Shown here: in pieces, positions 17,539 through 19,939 of the stretch
How positions within the stretch are numbered: the stretch's first letter is position 1
How the letters are laid out: each line of letters opens with the position of its first letter
From: a candidate division WOR-3 bacterium
GTDB lineage: Bacteria; Hydrothermota; Tepidihabitantia; Tepidihabitantales; Tepidihabitantaceae
Length of the DNA: 19,939 nt
Direction: 5' to 3'
Assembly: GCA_037441285.1 (NCBI GenBank)
Contig: JBBISL010000027.1
Span: 1 to 19,939, forward strand
Translations under genes and position numbers: made by a program
Notes under the pieces: generated by a model
What the model saw: only the letters and a program-made list of their open reading frames with translations
Databases searched by the model: none
Told to the model about the DNA's origin: nothing

Positions 17539-18825
17539 CTAATCCGGAAGCACCTCCGATTCTGCCACATCCATAAAAACCATGCCGGAAATCAGTTTCG
17601 GGAAAAAGTCGGTTGACTTTTGCGGCATCCGCTCCATCTTTTCTGCCAGTTTCTGCACCTGTTCGGGTCGTGTCGGGTTAAGGAACAGGGCACAGGCGGC
17701 TTCGCCGGAGTCAACGCGGGCAACGGTGTCCTGCCAGTAGCGCTCATAAAGCACCCGTTTTTCGGTGTCAGTCGGTTTGATGCCAAATACGCCGTCGATA
17801 ACAAGGGCGTGGAGAAGCGCCACATCCAGTTCTTTGTACTCCGGGCTCTTTTCGGCGGGCAATAGCCGGTCAATCGCCTTTAAGTCGTGCAAAATGAGAA
17901 GATAACTCTTGCCCTTGCCAAAATAGACAACAAACGCATGGTCAGTTTTGTGTTTTTCCAGTTCAGACTTTGCGCTCTGGCCGGTAACGGGCTGGACTTC
18001 AAACCACGCCTTCAAACGAGCCAGCGCCGCGTCAGGCGAAATGTCTATTGTTTTCAGCAAGCGGTGCGTGGGCAGAATTACCAGTCCCGGGTCAGTGATT
18101 TTGAAGAAGGCGGCGGTTTTGAACCGGAGCGCAGCATTGGCAGGCACATTTCCCTTCTGTTCCATCTCCCGGCGGTAGTTGAGCGCGGTCTCATAACGGT
18201 GATGGCCATCGGCAATTAAAACCACCTGTCCCTGCATCGCCTGGTGCAAGGCATTAATCCAGTTCGGGTCGTTAACCTGCCAGAGCCGGTGGACAACATT
18301 GAACTCATCGGTGGCAATCAGGTCGGGCTTAGCACCTTTTTTGCTGTCCAGCAACCGTTCAATTTCGCCTTTCGGGTCGGGATAGAGGAAGAATATCTGC
18401 TCGTAGTCCTTTTTGGTGGCGCGCAAAAGTGCTAACCGGTCCGCCTTTGGTCCGGAATGGGTGAATTCGTGAGGCAGGACGGTTCCTTTTTCAAACTCTT
18501 CAACCCGGATGGCGCCGATAAACCCCTTGCGCCGCATTCGCCTGCCTTCAATTGCAAACTCCTCTTCAAGGATGTAGAAGGCGGGTTTGGTTTCGCGGAC
18601 AAGAATGCCTTGCTCAAGCCAGCGGTGACAGGTGTTTGCCGAAAATGAATACGGGTCATCGCTTTTGGGCAGGATGAGATTGATGAAACTGAACTGGTGT
18701 TGTTTCAGATACCGTTCGCGCATTTCGGGGGTGACCTTGTCGTAAGGCTGGGTAATCACCTTACTGAGGTCGCCAATCTTCGTCAGGTTGTAATGAATTG
18801 CCGGAAATGGTCGGATATCCGCCAT
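17539..18825 (-). CDS. DUF1015 family protein (ParB/Srx-like fold)
   Basis: IRPF, PYD, PHE.T, IADGHHRYETA, ILPTHRL, and MPQKSTDFFPKL motifs. Stop abuts the GTPase ATG. Confidence 0.9.
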   Translation of the reverse strand: MADIRPFPAIHYNLTKIGDLSKVITQPYDKVTPEMRERYLKQHQFSFINLILPKSDDPYSFSANTCHRWLEQGILVRETKPAFYILEEEFAIEGRRMRRKGFIGAIRVEEFEKGTVLPHEFTHSGPKADRLALLRATKKDYEQIFFLYPDPKGEIERLLDSKKGAKPDLIATDEFNVVHRLWQVNDPNWINALHQAMQGQVVLIADGHHRYETALNYRREMEQKGNVPANAALRFKTAAFFKITDPGLVILPTHRLLKTIDISPDAALARLKAWFEVQPVTGQSAKSELEKHKTDHAFVVYFGKGKSYLLILHDLKAIDRLLPAEKSPEYKELDVALLHALVIDGVFGIKPTDTEKRVLYERYWQDTVARVDSGEAACALFLNPTRPEQVQKLAEKMERMPQKSTDFFPKLISGMVFMDVAESEVLPD

Positions 18826-19727
18826 TAAGCCCCCTTCAATGCATCCCGAACCTTTTCGGCAATCTGGACTCCGGCACGGCGCTGACCTTCTTTGGTCTGG
18901 GCGCCGATGTGAGGGGTGCCAATCACCTGGGGCAGAGAGAACAGTTTGAACTCGTCAAGCGGCTCTTTTTCAAACACATCGAGCGCCGCCATCGCCACAA
19001 TCCCGGACTGAATTGCCTCGTAAAGTGCCGCCTCATCAATCACTCCGCCCCGGGCACAGTTGACGATGATGACCCCTTTCTTCATCTTGGCAAATGCTTC
19101 TTTGTTAAGCAGATGATAGGTCTTATCGGTCTTCGGGATATGGAGCGAAATGAAGTCGGACTCTTTTAAAAGGCGGTCAAGGTCGCAGGCTTCACCAAAC
19201 TGGACTTTGACCTCGGGTAAATCGTTTACCAGAACCTTCATCCCGAGCGCCACGGCTCTTTTTGCCAGTTCCGAACCAATGCGACCGCCGCCGATGATAC
19301 CCAAAGTTTTGCCGTACAGTTCAATGCCGTGAAACGCCTTCTTCTCCCATTTTCCGGCGCGTAACGAGGCGGTTGCCTGCGGAATGGAACGGGCACAGGC
19401 GAACATCATTCCCAGCGCCAGTTCGGCAACTGAAATTGAGGTCGCCTCGGGTGTATTCACCACCTTGATGCCGCGAGCATCAGCCGCCTTTTTGTCCACA
19501 TTGTCCAAACCAACACCGGCGCGGCCAATGACTTTGAGGTTCTTGCCCGCCTGAATCACCTCAGCGGTGACTTTGGTGGCGCTGCGGACAATGATGGCAT
19601 CGTATTCGGGAATGACCTTTAACAACTCATCAGGCGCAATGCCCGGCTTTTCATCAACGGTAAAGCCGGCAGAACGCAAAATTTCTACCCCTTCCGGGGC
19701 AATTGGGTCGGTAATGATTACTTTCAT
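18825..19727 (-). CDS. serA: D-3-phosphoglycerate dehydrogenase / D-2-hydroxyacid dehydrogenase, short form without ACT domain
   Basis: IVRSATKV, RAGVGLDNVD, VAE, GKTLGIIGGGRIG, ISLHIP, NCARGG, ALDVFEKEP, TPHIGAQT.E motifs. AGGGAG SD. TAATG overlap with DUF1015. Substrate inferred from context. Confidence 0.8.
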   Translation of the reverse strand: MKVIITDPIAPEGVEILRSAGFTVDEKPGIAPDELLKVIPEYDAIIVRSATKVTAEVIQAGKNLKVIGRAGVGLDNVDKKAADARGIKVVNTPEATSISVAELALGMMFACARSIPQATASLRAGKWEKKAFHGIELYGKTLGIIGGGRIGSELAKRAVALGMKVLVNDLPEVKVQFGEACDLDRLLKESDFISLHIPKTDKTYHLLNKEAFAKMKKGVIIVNCARGGVIDEAALYEAIQSGIVAMAALDVFEKEPLDEFKLFSLPQVIGTPHIGAQTKEGQRRAGVQIAEKVRDALKGA

Positions 19728-19761
19728 ATTTTAACTCCCTCTTTTGGTATTAACAGCCTGA

Positions 19762-19792
19762 ATTATAATAATAAACCGAGGGTACCAGTCAA
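19762..19792 (-). promoter_or_regulatory. Probable sigma70 promoter for the serA-DUF1015-GTPase operon
   Basis: Minus strand TTGACT followed by TATTAT (16-bp spacer) or TATAAT (19-bp spacer). Confidence 0.5.
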
Positions 19793-19862
19793 ATAAAGTG
19801 TATTTTCCCAATAGTCATTTCTGGGAAAGGTACCGGTTTATTTGATTTTGACTTGTGGGATA

Positions 19863-19892
19863 TTGACAGGCTGGGGGTTGATTTGCTATAAT
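19863..19892 (+). promoter_or_regulatory. Consensus sigma70 promoter with extended -10 for a downstream gene
   Basis: TTGACA (19863-19868), 18 bp, TGc-TATAAT (19887-19892). Confidence 0.7.
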
Positions 19893-19911
19893 GGGTTGTC
19901 AAGGTGAAAAT

Positions 19912-19939
19912 ATGCCGGGCCTCAGTTCAGGTTTGCCAA
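19912..19939 (+). CDS. Start of a gene running off the window (MPGLSSGLP...)
   Basis: ATG after an AAGGTGA SD-like motif and a strong promoter. Only 9 codons are visible. Confidence 0.4.

Overview
Bacterial chromosomal window in genetic code 11. The protein styles suggest candidate phylum WOR-3 or a related FCB-group lineage (inference only). Order: three secreted beta-propeller/Ig proteins with C-terminal T9SS-like sorting tails (85-5433); pilB/gspE and pilC/gspF; two paralogous, apparently catalytically dead PD-(D/E)XK-like proteins; queH; a minus-strand secreted protein (11136-13061); rtcB-uvrC; and a minus-strand serA-like/DUF1015/DRG-type GTPase operon. The main find is that ORFs 12498..13106 and 11136..12488 read as one gene split by a single in-frame TGA (12498-12500). 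That TGA is followed 11 nt later by a GGCGG-AGGUCU-CCGCC hairpin closely resembling the E. coli fdhF SECIS. This predicts a 641-aa secreted selenoprotein (signal peptide, CBM-like jelly roll with Sec188, Ig-like, NIDO-like, T9SS-like CTD), unlike the selenoenzyme families I know. Secondary finds: an 84-bp near-identical sorting-tail cassette shared by two unrelated genes, the pseudo-nuclease pair beside pilBC, and a probably leaderless rtcB.
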